From contig CBDDTI010000745.1 in assembly GCA_965233585.1 (NCBI GenBank), positions 544,001 through 608,000 of the forward strand: DNA of 64,000 nucleotides, given 5' to 3'. The notes beneath the pieces are model-generated. The model worked only from the letters and a program-made list of their open reading frames with translations. It searched no databases and was not told the origin of the DNA. Each line of letters begins with the position of its first letter. Position 1 is the first letter of the stretch. This DNA comes from a bacterium. Lineage in GTDB: Bacteria; SAR324; NAC60-12. Positions 29,048 to 39,930 of the stretch are shown here, piece after piece. The translations under genes were made by a program, and so were the position numbers.

Positions 29048-30283
29048 TTAATGACTTTCAAAGACGAGCTTGCAATAACGTTTCTTACCTGCACGCAAAA
29101 GCAGTTCACCATCTGCCTTCAACTGTTGACCTACCCCTACATCTTCAGTTTGTTTGTTGCCATTGATGTATGCCCCTCCCTGTGCAATCAGACGCCTTGC
29201 CTCACTTTTGGACTGACAAAGTTTGCAAAAAACTAGAGCCTCTAACAAACTGAACTCCTGATAAATTTGCGAGCTATCAATCAAGACACTGGGAGTGTTT
29301 TCAGAGTCTCCTTGACCTGAAAACAAGGCTTGAGATGTCTTTTGTGCATCTTCAGCGGCTTGCTTGCCATGCACAATCGTTGTTACCTCAAAAGCCAATT
29401 TTGCTTTGGCTTGACGTAAATCTGCACCTTCTAGCTTGGCAAATTGATGGAGTTCTTCAAGCGGTAAAAAAGTGAAGATACCAAGCAGTTTTAAGACGTC
29501 GCTATCTTCCACATTGATCCAGTATTGATAAAACTCATAAGGAGTGGTTTTTGTAGAATCAAGCCAGATTGCACCTTGTTCAGTCTTGCCCATCTTGAGA
29601 CCTGAAGACAGAGTCAAAAGCGGGTAGGTCATACCGTAGACTTCTTGCTGTTCAATGCGTCTAATCAAATCCACGCCTGAAAGAATATTTGCCCACTGGT
29701 CATCTCCTCCAAGCTGTAGTTGACAATCGTGATGTCTGTAAAGCTCAAGGAAGTCATAAGCCTGCAACACTTGATAATTAAACTCAAGAAATGACAACCC
29801 ATGCTCCATGCGTGCTTTGTAAACCTCAAATGACAACATGCGGTTGACAGAAAAACGGCTGCCAAATTCACGCAAAAAATCAATATAATTAAGGTTTGTC
29901 AACCATTGGCGATTGTCCAAGATGACAGATTGCCCAAATTCAGATGGCACTTGAGACAAAATAGATTGAATTTGTGCAGAGATTTTTTGAGAGTTTTGGT
30001 CAATTTGTTCGGACGAAAGCATTTTTCGCATTTCTGTTTTACCTGAAGGGTCACCAATGAGAGCAGTGCCTCCACCAATCAATGCAATGACTTTCGCCCC
30101 ATGTTTTTTTAGTCTGGCAAGTCCCATGATTGGAATCAAATGTCCAACATGCAAAGAATCAGCAGTTGGGTCAAAACCTGTGTAGGCACAAAGCCCTTTT
30201 TTTTGAAGAAACTTTGCGAATGTGTCTTCTTGGGTCGCTTGCTGAAAAAGGGAGTGAGACTTGAGTTCGTCTAATAAATTCAT
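29048..30283 (-). CDS. tyrS: Tyrosyl-tRNA synthetase
   Basis: GFDPTADSLHVGH, Q.GG.DQW.NI, KMGKT, C-terminal S4 domain. Confidence 0.97.
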   Translation of the reverse strand: MNLLDELKSHSLFQQATQEDTFAKFLQKKGLCAYTGFDPTADSLHVGHLIPIMGLARLKKHGAKVIALIGGGTALIGDPSGKTEMRKMLSSEQIDQNSQKISAQIQSILSQVPSEFGQSVILDNRQWLTNLNYIDFLREFGSRFSVNRMLSFEVYKARMEHGLSFLEFNYQVLQAYDFLELYRHHDCQLQLGGDDQWANILSGVDLIRRIEQQEVYGMTYPLLTLSSGLKMGKTEQGAIWLDSTKTTPYEFYQYWINVEDSDVLKLLGIFTFLPLEELHQFAKLEGADLRQAKAKLAFEVTTIVHGKQAAEDAQKTSQALFSGQGDSENTPSVLIDSSQIYQEFSLLEALVFCKLCQSKSEARRLIAQGGAYINGNKQTEDVGVGQQLKADGELLLRAGKKRYCKLVFESH

Positions 30284-30436
30284 GAACGTGTACCAGATTT
30301 TGAAAAAAACGAATTACTCTATCATAAATCTTTCAAAATTCGCAATGGCTCAATTCTCTTTAGTTTGTCTTTTAACCTCTTATACAAGAGATTGCTGAGA
30401 TTGACATCACAAATTTTTAAAAAATTAATTTGATTA

Positions 30437-30463
30437 TTAGCACTCATTTTGATAGAGTGCTAA
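30437..30463. promoter_or_regulatory. CIRCE element (HrcA operator)
   Basis: Perfect TTAGCACTC-N9-GAGTGCTAA just upstream of clpB; TTGACA at 30401. Confidence 0.95.
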
Positions 30464-30498
30464 TAATATGGTTTTAAATAGCAACAAGGAGAAAAGTG

Positions 30499-32874
30499 AT
30501 GGAAAAGTATAATGAAATTGTCAAAGGTTCTTATGAACTGGCACAAACAGAAGCCTTGGAGAGAAAGCACACCGAACTGACAGAAGCTCACTTGTTTTTT
30601 GGGTTTTTGCTCAATCCACGCAGTGCAATAGCAAAGCATTTATCGGGTGAAAAGAAGGTCATCAAAGGTCTTTTAGAGCAACTTCCTACTGCCACTAAGC
30701 CTTTGCAAATTGACCAAATCAAACCTTCTGCCAGACTGCAACAATGGTTCACAGTGGCACATGCTGAGGCAGTCAAAGCAGGCAGGGTAGAAACCAACGA
30801 AGCAGACTTTGCAAGGACGTTGCAAAAGTTTTTTCCTCAAATCAGCGTGGAAGGATTAGAGGCAGAGTCTGACCAAGAAGTGCCAGATTTTTTGGTGAAT
30901 TTGAATGAGCTGGCTGATGAGGGAAAATTAGACCCTGTCATTGGACGTTCCACAGAGATTCAAAAAGTCATGGAGATTTTATGCAGGCGGACCAAAAATA
31001 ACCCTGTTTTGATAGGTTTGCCGGGTGTTGGTAAAACAGCGATTGTTGAAGGGTTGGCAGATTTGATTGTCAGGAGTAAAACCCCTGATGCCATACAAGG
31101 AAAAACCATTTATGCCATGAACATGGGAAGTTTGATGGCAAATACCAAATACAGAGGAGAGTTTGAAGAGAAGATAGAAGCCTTGCTTCAGTTTCTTAAA
31201 TCCAAACAACGTGACGCCATTTTGTTTATTGATGAAATTCATTTGTTAGTGGGGGCAGGCAAGACTGATGGTGCCATGGATGCGGCAAATTTGCTTAAAC
31301 CTGCTCTGGCTAGAGGAGAACTGAATTGTATTGGTGCAACCACTCTTGATGAGTATAAAAAGTTTATTGAATCTGATAGTGCCTTAGAAAGAAGGTTTCA
31401 TCAGGTCAAGGTTGACGAACCTACCAAAGAAGACAGTATCCAAATTTTGATGGGATTGAAGGAGAAGTTTGAAATCCATCACAGCATTGAGATTACAGAA
31501 GATGCTGTCGTTGCTGCAGTCTATTTTTCTGACCTCTACATCTCTGACAGATTTTTGCCAGATAAAGCGATTGATGTAATTGACGAATCTGCCGCAGGTC
31601 TCAAATTGAGTGCAGACTCTGTTCCCCCAAAACTTCAAGAGCTTGATGCTTTGATTCGTAGCAAGAAAGTTTTGCTAAATACACAGCATCAAAACAAGGC
31701 ATTGCAAGAGGAAATTCAATTGCTTGAACAAAGTTATCAAGAGCAAATGGAGGTTTGGAGTCAGAAAAACATGGAGCTGAGACGGGCATCTATGCTGAAG
31801 TCCCAACTGGACGAAGCCCAATTTCGTTATCAAAAAGCAGAATCGGAAGGCAACTATGAGCTGGCTTCCCAAATCATGTATGGTGAAATTCCTATCATTC
31901 AAAAGAAGATTGAGAGCATGGAGGTTTCTCACAAGCTGACGAGGGAACGTATTGCTGAAGTCATTGCCAGAAACACAGGCGTCCCCAAAGAACGTATTTT
32001 GCAGAGCAGGCAAGAGAATATATTGGCTTTGGCAGATTTTTTGAAAACCAAAGTCTTGGGACAAGATGATGCCATTGACGAAATTGCAGACACCTTGATC
32101 GCTTCCCATGCAGGTTTAAGCGATCAAAGCAGACCTTTGGGGAGTTTTTTGTCTATCGGACCTAGTGGCGTCGGAAAAACAGAAACAGCTAAAGCGATTG
32201 CAGAGTATCTTTTTCAGTCTGATAAAAATGTGGTACGGGTTGATTTGAGTGAATACAGAGAGGCTCACTCTGTTGCTAAATTGATCGGACCACCACCAGG
32301 ATATGTTGGATATGAAAAAGGAGGAACTTTGACCGAAGCCATCCGTAGGAAGCCATACAGCGTCATTTTGTTTGACGAGATTGAAAAAGCACATCAAGAT
32401 TTTGGAGACATTCTTTTGCAAATTCTTGATGATGGAAGGCTCACAGATTCACAAGGTAGGACTGTCAATTTTAAAAATGCTGTCATCATTATCACCAGCA
32501 ATTTACAAGATTATCAAAGCTACCTTAAACCTGAATTGATTGGACGCTTTGATGCCGTGCTGACCTATCATCATTTGGAGAAAAAGACGATTGATGCTTT
32601 AATTGAGCGTGAGTTAGACCGACTCAATCAACTGGTTTCTGAACACGAAGTCCGCTTCAGTCTTCATCACAATTTGCGTGAAAAAATCATGGAACAAGGT
32701 TTTGAGCAACGTTATGGAGCAAGACCCCTGAAAAACGCCTTTCACCGTCTGGTGACACGCCCTGTCTCAAAGTTTCTATTGCAGAATGAGGAAAACAAAG
32801 GGCAGTTTGAAATTGAGGTCAATGAACAAGGGCAATGGAACATCGTCAAACGTTCCCTTCCTGAGACATCATAA
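30499..32874 (+). CDS. clpB: ClpB disaggregase (compact)
   Basis: [21 protein letters not shown], coiled middle domain, [24 protein letters not shown]. Confidence 0.88.
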   Translation: MEKYNEIVKGSYELAQTEALERKHTELTEAHLFFGFLLNPRSAIAKHLSGEKKVIKGLLEQLPTATKPLQIDQIKPSARLQQWFTVAHAEAVKAGRVETNEADFARTLQKFFPQISVEGLEAESDQEVPDFLVNLNELADEGKLDPVIGRSTEIQKVMEILCRRTKNNPVLIGLPGVGKTAIVEGLADLIVRSKTPDAIQGKTIYAMNMGSLMANTKYRGEFEEKIEALLQFLKSKQRDAILFIDEIHLLVGAGKTDGAMDAANLLKPALARGELNCIGATTLDEYKKFIESDSALERRFHQVKVDEPTKEDSIQILMGLKEKFEIHHSIEITEDAVVAAVYFSDLYISDRFLPDKAIDVIDESAAGLKLSADSVPPKLQELDALIRSKKVLLNTQHQNKALQEEIQLLEQSYQEQMEVWSQKNMELRRASMLKSQLDEAQFRYQKAESEGNYELASQIMYGEIPIIQKKIESMEVSHKLTRERIAEVIARNTGVPKERILQSRQENILALADFLKTKVLGQDDAIDEIADTLIASHAGLSDQSRPLGSFLSIGPSGVGKTETAKAIAEYLFQSDKNVVRVDLSEYREAHSVAKLIGPPPGYVGYEKGGTLTEAIRRKPYSVILFDEIEKAHQDFGDILLQILDDGRLTDSQGRTVNFKNAVIIITSNLQDYQSYLKPELIGRFDAVLTYHHLEKKTIDALIERELDRLNQLVSEHEVRFSLHHNLREKIMEQGFEQRYGARPLKNAFHRLVTRPVSKFLLQNEENKGQFEIEVNEQGQWNIVKRSLPETS

Positions 32875-32932
32875 ATGACCCCACAATTTTTTAACTTTTC
32901 TTTTGAGATTTGAGATTTGTGTTTGAAGAGGC

Positions 32933-32949
32933 TGCGGGTCAAGCCCGCA
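32933..32949. repeat. REP-like palindrome, copy 1
   Basis: TGCGGG-TCAAG-CCCGCA. Confidence 0.8.
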
Positions 32950-32984
32950 ACGAGTGTTTTAGGGGTTTCAGCAATAAAAGAATG

Positions 32985-33575
32985 TCAAGCGTTGTCTGGC
33001 TGATTGAGTAGTAATCTATAAGCAAACAATTCTCTTACAAAGGTATCAGGAGTAATAGGGTTGTAGCAAAGATGATGAAGGGCAGACCAATATCGGTTTA
33101 TTTTGCTGCGATCCTTTTTCTGTTTTAGTAGAGAAATGATCTTTTCATCTTGTCCCTGTTCCAGACCCAAACCTAAAGAGACGTGAAATGCTAATATTTC
33201 ATTAGAAAAAGTAAGGCTTCTTCTCATCGGCTGTTTACCTATGTCCTTCAAATCAGAAATAAATTGTATGGGTCTAAATCTCAAAATCCAATACCCTAAA
33301 TATCCTCCAACTTTTTCAGGTGCAGCATTTTGGTAGTCATTGATGAGTTTTCTTTGAGCCAATAATTTGAGGTAACGTCTAACAATTAGCAAACAAAGCG
33401 ATTCATCAAGACGAATGTATTTATCGTCGTATGCTTCAATCTTTAAAGACTCTAAAAGTCCACGATACCCCGATAGAATATTGCCTATTCTAGGTTCTAC
33501 GTACCTTGTCTTAAGTTCTTCCTCTGATTGAACATTGAGACACTTCCACCAACACCCGTAACTGCTACTCATCAA
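32985..33575 (-). CDS. Hypothetical protein, possibly degenerate Fido/Doc-like fold
   Basis: 196-aa ORF coupled to the upstream gene by an ATGA overlap; KVGGYLGYWILRFRPIQ...NEILAF. Confidence 0.6.
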   Translation of the reverse strand: MMSSSYGCWWKCLNVQSEEELKTRYVEPRIGNILSGYRGLLESLKIEAYDDKYIRLDESLCLLIVRRYLKLLAQRKLINDYQNAAPEKVGGYLGYWILRFRPIQFISDLKDIGKQPMRRSLTFSNEILAFHVSLGLGLEQGQDEKIISLLKQKKDRSKINRYWSALHHLCYNPITPDTFVRELFAYRLLLNQPDNA

Positions 33576-33754
33576 GAGTCCAGACCGTCAGGAGGGTGGC
33601 TGATGACTTCTGCCAATTCTTTGCAGATGTAGAGAATACGTTCATCTGCTTCCTTTGATTTTTCATCAGAATATCTAGGGTAGTGGTTGGTGTCATCAAA
33701 ATCTACCTGACCAATGCTATCCCAATTTTTAAGAGCGTCTTCTATTTTAAACAT
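33572..33754 (-). CDS. Small acidic hypothetical protein (antitoxin-like)
   Basis: 60 aa, D/E-rich; stop overlaps the next start. Confidence 0.5.
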   Translation of the reverse strand: MFKIEDALKNWDSIGQVDFDDTNHYPRYSDEKSKEADERILYICKELAEVISHPPDGLDS

Positions 33755-33946
33755 AAAATTGTTAGTGGTTAAGTGATGTCAATTCAAATTAAAACTTGGC
33801 ATGGTAGTTGATTCGTATTTAAGTAGCAAGCTTTTTGAATTTGACAAAAAGGATACCTTAGAGATGGAGCTTGTCACTCTCCTTTAGGCAAGATTGGAGA
33901 CTTTTGGCTGTTGTAAGAGTGTAGGATACTTCTACTCTTGGCCAGA

Positions 33947-33965
33947 TTGCGGGTCAAGCCCGCAA
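33947..33965. repeat. REP-like palindrome, copy 2
   Basis: TTGCGGG-TCAAG-CCCGCAA; identical core to copy 1. Confidence 0.8.
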
Positions 33966-34031
33966 TGATTTTTCTAGTTTTTTGGCAAAGAATGGCTTAA
34001 ATGCCATTTAGTCCTTCAAGGATTTTAAGAT

Positions 34032-35630
34032 TTAATAGACTTGTTCTTCAAGCATTCTTTGGAGTGGGTCAACAATAGGTTCAAGTGGAGTGTCTTGAAG
34101 TTGGTCTGGAGAGCTAGCAATGGGAGCATTGGGGTCGCCTTCGTTCACAAGTTGGTTTCGTGCAATGCTTCCATTTTTCAAGAACAATGTTGCTTGTTTC
34201 AGTTGATTATCCAGTGCGGGACTTGTCACAAAATTGATAGCAAATCTATTTTTTGGATCAACCGATCCTCCAACACTCATTTTATGGGAGACTGCAAGGT
34301 CTGGCACGATTCCTTTTTTGTGGTAGGACTCACTTGAGTCTGTCAGAAAGATTTTGTTTTGGGTGACCCATAAGACTGAACGATCTACCAGAGAGTAGCC
34401 TGTTTGCGAGACACCTTTGCCAAAAGTTGTTCTTCCAATCACAGTGGCAGAATCGTATGCTTGAACGATCCCTGCAACCATCTCTGAGGCAGAGGCAGAA
34501 TTTTTATCAACAAGAATGACAAGTTTTGTTTTATCTTTGGTAGTGGCTAAGTTAGTATCTGTTTCAAAAGGTTTAAGTAACTTTTTGAACGATTCACTTA
34601 AGCTAGGAGAGTTCCGTAAGATGTCTAAACCCAAGCGGTGATTTTGTACTTGTTGGTCTTTGTCTTTGAAAGTGAATGCTGTTTCAAGGTTCTCAGATGA
34701 AGGGACAAGGTAGTCTGCCATGCCCCATGCTTGGCTGACAAGTCCACCTCCGTTGCCACGCAAGTCCACAATAAACTTGTCAATCCCATCATCTTTGAAT
34801 GCTTTGGCATACTCAATCAGCTTCCCACCTGCATCATTCCCAAATTGTTTAATTCGGATATATCCATAATTTCCATCGTTATCCTTTTGACCATTGTCAT
34901 TGACTTTGAATGAGAAATAGTTTTGAGATTTAATGGTTCTTGTGATGAATCCACCCCTAAAAATTTTTAAAGTGTTGTTTGTGCCTTCGTTCTTTGAGAT
35001 AAGATTAAGTGCTTGTCTGTAAGTTTTGCCTGACAATGAAACCCCGTTGATTTCTGTAATCTGGTCATCAACTCTGATGTCTTCAAACCAAGCAGCGGAG
35101 AATAATTGCACGGCGTTGACTTTCATGAATCCTAAAGGGATCCTTGCATTGATATTATTCCTTGGAATAGAAACAGAGATCCCAATACTAGCTTGGTCTA
35201 GCTGACTTGCGACACTGCTTCTTTGACTGGACGTAGAAGATTGAGTCCGAAAAGTAAAGGGGTCGCCTGCTCTATTTAACCTTGCAACGAAAGTCCTGAT
35301 TGATGCGATATTTTCTAGGTTGCTGGGTAAGTACTCTGGGTGGAGGTATTTAAGCTGATAGATTAAGCAACCATGAGCCAAAGATGCAAAGATTCTTTGA
35401 TTAGAAGGTCTTTGGCATTTGGGTTGATTTTGGATAAACTTGGTTAGCTGTTCTACGCTTGTCACTCCAGAAGCGGGGGTAAAGCCGCCTGTTGTGTCTA
35501 TTGTGACCTCAGTGGCAGGTTCTTCAGATTTTTTCTTTTCTTTAGCAGGTTCTTTGGGGTCTTCTGCACAAGCAGCAATGACCGTTGCTGTTGCCATCAA
35601 AAATGACATTTGTTTCCAATACCTTTTCAT
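34032..35630 (-). CDS. S41 carboxy-terminal processing protease, lipoprotein with PDZ domain
   Basis: Lipobox IAAC; GYIRI..F, DLRGNGGG, SASASE, TFGKG..Q, GI.PD. Confidence 0.9.
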   Translation of the reverse strand: MKRYWKQMSFLMATATVIAACAEDPKEPAKEKKKSEEPATEVTIDTTGGFTPASGVTSVEQLTKFIQNQPKCQRPSNQRIFASLAHGCLIYQLKYLHPEYLPSNLENIASIRTFVARLNRAGDPFTFRTQSSTSSQRSSVASQLDQASIGISVSIPRNNINARIPLGFMKVNAVQLFSAAWFEDIRVDDQITEINGVSLSGKTYRQALNLISKNEGTNNTLKIFRGGFITRTIKSQNYFSFKVNDNGQKDNDGNYGYIRIKQFGNDAGGKLIEYAKAFKDDGIDKFIVDLRGNGGGLVSQAWGMADYLVPSSENLETAFTFKDKDQQVQNHRLGLDILRNSPSLSESFKKLLKPFETDTNLATTKDKTKLVILVDKNSASASEMVAGIVQAYDSATVIGRTTFGKGVSQTGYSLVDRSVLWVTQNKIFLTDSSESYHKKGIVPDLAVSHKMSVGGSVDPKNRFAINFVTSPALDNQLKQATLFLKNGSIARNQLVNEGDPNAPIASSPDQLQDTPLEPIVDPLQRMLEEQVY

Positions 35631-35761
35631 CACCGTCTCCTTTAAAAAATGTTGATTTGTTGGTGTCAATAAAACATTAGACAACCTTTTTTAGACTTTG
35701 TCAATCTCTAATATTTAAATGTAAGGAAATTTTTAAAAATAAGTCTGACCTTCCACCGTGT

Positions 35762-36640
35762 TTAAGTCGTTAAAATATCATAGCCGTTGGTTGTGGCTAA
35801 CACGGTATGTTCCCATTGAGCAGACAAAGAACCATCAGCTGTGACGGCTGTCCAGCCATCAGAAAGCAAACGGCATTCATGGCGTCCCAGATTGATCATG
35901 GGTTCTATGGTAAAGACCATGTTTGGCACAATTTCTACCCCTGAGTTTTTTTGATAGTAGTGCAGAATCTGAGGGGGTTCGTGAAATTGTACTCCCACAC
36001 CATGCCCGCAAAATGCTCTTACAACAGAATATCCGTGAGATTCTGCATGTTCTTGAATAGCACGACCTATGTTTTCAGTAGAATTGCCCGGCACGACTTG
36101 TTCAAGACCCAGCTTTAAGCATTCTTTGGTGACCTCACAAAGCCTGCGTGCTTCATCAGAAACCTCGCCAATCAGATACATTCTGCTGGCATCTCCATAA
36201 AATCCGTTTAGGTTACATGTCACATCAATATTTAGAATATCCCCTTGCTTCAAGACCGTTTGGTCAGGAATGCCATGACAGATGACATGATTGAGCGATG
36301 TACAAATGCTTTTAGGAAAAGGGATTTTTGAGGCGCCACGATAATTCAGGGGTGCAGGAGTTGCCCCATGTTCAATCGTGTACTGATGCACCCAGTCATT
36401 GATTTGGTTAGTCGTGATGCCCTCCACAACCCGTTCCTCTAGCATATCCAAAATTTTTTTGGTCAGTTGTGAACTTTTTCGTATCCCTTGAATTTGGTGT
36501 TCGTTTTTAAGAATGATCTGATTCTGATACGGTTTTATAGAAGTCTTGGCTTTTTGCAAGCAACATCTTTTGTATTTTTTACCACTTCCACAGGGGCAAG
36601 CCTCGTTGCGATTGACTGTTTTTCGTCTTGAATCTTTCAT
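35762..36640 (-). CDS. map: Type I methionine aminopeptidase with N-terminal SEC-C motif
   Basis: RNEACPCGSGKKYKRCC; CHGIP, NIDVT, GDASR, GHGVG..FHE.P, FTIEPM, SAQWEHT. Confidence 0.95.
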   Translation of the reverse strand: MKDSRRKTVNRNEACPCGSGKKYKRCCLQKAKTSIKPYQNQIILKNEHQIQGIRKSSQLTKKILDMLEERVVEGITTNQINDWVHQYTIEHGATPAPLNYRGASKIPFPKSICTSLNHVICHGIPDQTVLKQGDILNIDVTCNLNGFYGDASRMYLIGEVSDEARRLCEVTKECLKLGLEQVVPGNSTENIGRAIQEHAESHGYSVVRAFCGHGVGVQFHEPPQILHYYQKNSGVEIVPNMVFTIEPMINLGRHECRLLSDGWTAVTADGSLSAQWEHTVLATTNGYDILTT

Positions 36641-36647
36641 GTGTTTT

Positions 36648-37103
36648 TTACTTCAGAAATGCAAAAATTCTGCCGAAGCGGATTAATCTGGGGTCAAAGA
36701 TGTCAACTAGCGCCCAAACTAAATTTTCTTCTATCAAGGTTCCAGGGTCTTTTGACCAGTAAATGATTTGTCCTTTGCCTTTGACTTTTGAAACTTCAAC
36801 ATATCCCCAAAAACGACTATCCAAACTATCGTAGCGATTGTCTCCCATCACGAAAATATGCCCCTTGGGAACGGTGATGGGTCCAAAATTACGAATTGGC
36901 AGCCCAAATTGCTCCTGTGCCAGAATTTCAGGGCGTCGTTCAGGATTCAGGTAAGCATAAGGTTCATCAAGCAGTTGGTTGTTAATCAAGACACGGTCGT
37001 CGCGAATCTCCAACGTCTCACCCTCTAATGCCACAGCACGTTTGATGTAGTCAAGGGAAGGGTTTTTTGGGAAGGGAAAGATGACAATGTCCCCACGTTT
37101 GAA
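36648..37103 (-). pseudogene. lepB: Signal peptidase I, 3' half only (5' part cut off at the junction)
   Basis: KRGDIVIF, DYIKRAVA, GDNR.DSLDSR.WG present. In-frame TAA at 37107-37109 just upstream; catalytic Ser box and TM anchor missing. Confidence 0.9.
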
Positions 37104-37109
37104 ATTTTA
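37101..37109. other. Bacterial/eukaryotic junction
   Basis: Operon-dense bacterial genes end mid-lepB; intron-containing gene, microsatellites and MITEs follow. Confidence 0.9.
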
Positions 37110-37382
37110 AAAACACCATTTTTATCGATTTCGTCCCAAGATTGCCACAATCACAATTTGCTTTTCATATACTCCACTTCTGTTGAAATTCACACTTACT
37201 ACAGCTTATCACTACTTACTGGCGTTCTGACACCTTAGAAGGCTATTATTTAAGGTTTCCTACAAAATGGAAGTTATTTTGAACGTCAGAACGACGACAT
37301 AAACTGTGATGACAGAACTCCTTCAGAGTTGCTTTTTTGGCTGCGAATACTCAGAAAGCCCAGCATTGATTTGCTGTGTTAT

Positions 37383-38265
37383 TTAAATCCAGAGTTCAAA
37401 TAACTGCTCTCGATTTTCGTCTGTTCCTTCGTTAGGATCTCTATCTGCAAGCTCAGACTTTGAAGGAGCAGACAAAGAGAAGCGAGCTTCCTTAAATCGA
37501 GGATGTAGAAACCTGTAGTAAATACTCATCATGATCAGGCCCAGGGAAAAGAACAAATAAATGACAATAAATCCTGCCATCTCTACTCTAAGCGGTAAAA
37601 GTCTCGTTGTATTGGTGAACCAGAGAAGCGAAAATATCAAAATCTCTATAAACGTCAATATGTAGTATTTCACCGCCCAGCGTATAGTTCGCACACCTTC
37701 TAAGCAAAAGAAACAAAACAGATGAATATAAGACATTAAAGCACGTACAAAATGCTGCATCCATTTGTTTCCTGGAAAGAAATAAACCTCGTGACGGGAG
37801 AGAAACAAGAGGACTATGAAAAAGTGAATTACAAGAGCTAGAAAGAACCATAGTTTGAATTCTGTTGCGAAGAAAACGAGAGCAAGAATTCGAGAAATGA
37901 TCATGAAAGCGCGCCATAACCACATTGAGAGGTAACCATACCAGCGTAACTGGCCTTTATGACGTTTCGAGTCACGGAGGCAGCTTATGTAGTTGACAAC
38001 CGCTCTGGAATAGGAAATAAACGAAAAAATAATTGACAGCATGGTCCATAAGTCTTGGATGTTTGTTGCCTGTATTGTATCAATGTAACGGCGTGACACA
38101 AGGACATAAAGTTGTAAAACAAGCTGGGGTGCGTCTTCAGTGAAGGCCAAGATCATCTGCAGTAACGCTGCATCAAGGTTCATGGCTATCAATAACTTGT
38201 AATCAACAACGCGGTTGTCTTTTTTCCGTTTTATTCTGTATGTTTTGACGAGAATTCTCCAGTTC
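37383..38265 (-). CDS. XK-related protein (Xkr scramblase family), exon 2
   Basis: Acceptor TTTCACAG|G at 38266/38265, in frame with the 37383-38192 ORF; EDAPQLVLQLY, SR.LALV.FA, YYRFLHP XK motifs. Confidence 0.9.
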
Positions 38266-38589
38266 CTGTGAAACGAAAAATCAAGGGATTCAGCGAGAAA
38301 ATTGACAATGAAGACAGTCCAAGTGTAGCTACGTTTTTATTTCTATCCGTCAAAAGGTCACGCAACGCTACTTGGAAGAGGCGTTGTGTGACGAAAGTTT
38401 GAAATAGTATGTTCCTGTTTTTTTTCTCTCCTTTTCGAGTTACTCGCAGTTTTACTGCTTATTTTGACTTTGACCATCTGATTCCAATGCGTTAAGTTCC
38501 GTGGGTTCGAGTACAATTACCTTTCGTGCAGAAGTCCACTATCTCTTTCCACGCTTTAACGTGAAAGGAAATACGCAGGCTAGAGACAA

Positions 38590-38862
38590 TAGGGAGCTTA
38601 CGCAAACTATGACTGCAACGGCAACGAAAACACTACCACACAAAAGATTTTTGAAAAGAGTAGAACAAAGCCTCTGCACGTAAGTTAAAAACCCTTGCGC
38701 ATTTTTTTGCCGTCCTCTGCATAACAACAACGTGAAATGACTACGTATTTTGCAGAACGTGAACAACGGCAGCTAATTTTCCGAAGTTAAAATATATATT
38801 TATTTTTTACTGGGCGTTGTGCTCGGGGTCGTCGTCGTCTTTGCTTTTAAAAAAGCTCTCTA
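38590..38862. mobile_element. MITE with TAGGGAGCTT...AAGCTCTCTA ends
   Basis: Imperfect terminal inverted repeats with TA ends, non-coding. Confidence 0.6.
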
Positions 38863-38970
38863 TCACTACACAACCACCTCCTTTTCGTGCCTCCTTTTTA
38901 GTTTTATCACATATAAAGCGCATTGGATCATTTTTATGGAAAATGCGCTCTACAAGTTTTTATAAAGTTA

Positions 38971-39063
<93 letters not shown>

Positions 39064-39497
39064 ATACCTCTTACTAACCGAGTTCGAGGGCCGTACCGTA
39101 AGTTACGGACCGAGTTTTTTCCTCCTCGATTTATGGCCCAAGCGCTAAGCGCGCGGGCCATAAATCGAAGAGGAAAAAACGAGGATCCGTAACTTACAGT
39201 ACGGACCGAGAAAACGAGGTTAGTAAGATATTTGTTATATCTCTAGTGGGTGTCTGCAGGGCTCAGGAAGGATTCTTATTCAGGCGGAACGGCTTCAAAT
39301 TTCTGACGCACCTGGAAAGCAAAACGAGTCAATTTGAAATCAATTTTAAGTCGTTGGCACGCTTTAATACATAATTTAGAGTTAAAAAAAAGTTTTAAAT
39401 ACTTACTTGTTATAAAAGTTAAGAACAGTCGGCGATAAATCACAAAACAGTATTGCAACAGAATCAACTTTAAATTTTAGCGGGCCGTACAGGAGAG
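39064..39497. mobile_element. Non-autonomous element with ~160-bp hairpin, embedded in a microsatellite
   Basis: TTACTAACC...GGTTAGTAA, GTAAGTTACGGA...TCCGTAACTTAC and TCGATTTATGGCCC...GGGCCATAAATCGA nested arms; ATT repeats on both sides. Confidence 0.65.
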
Positions 39498-39566
<69 letters not shown>

Positions 39567-39930
39567 ATGGATGCTGTACTCGCCAAGCGGTCACGCATCA
39601 CTTCTGAGAAGAAGCGTTGTGTGACGACTAGAGTTTTGGCAATTCTCAGTCGAATGTTGTGAAATAATTGTTCAGTTCTTAGCTCCCCTCTTTTGCGCTG
39701 TACAATGGATTCTCCTCACAGCTTAGTGCTTTTGTTGATGATGTGAATTATATATTAAATAATTCATATTTTCGTTTTCGTTATTTTAATTTGGGTCAAC
39801 GCGCAATTTTGCGTGACGAGCCAGACAACTGTCATGTTGAACTTGCTCAAACGGAATATTATTATCACCTGTTTTGAAAGTGAAAACAAGGGCTGCATGT
39901 GCTAGTGTTAGTCTTTATAGCAACACTCAC

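Noticed and set aside
35762..36640. SEC-C/MetAP fusion as a novelty
   Set aside because: This architecture is already known in several bacterial lineages.
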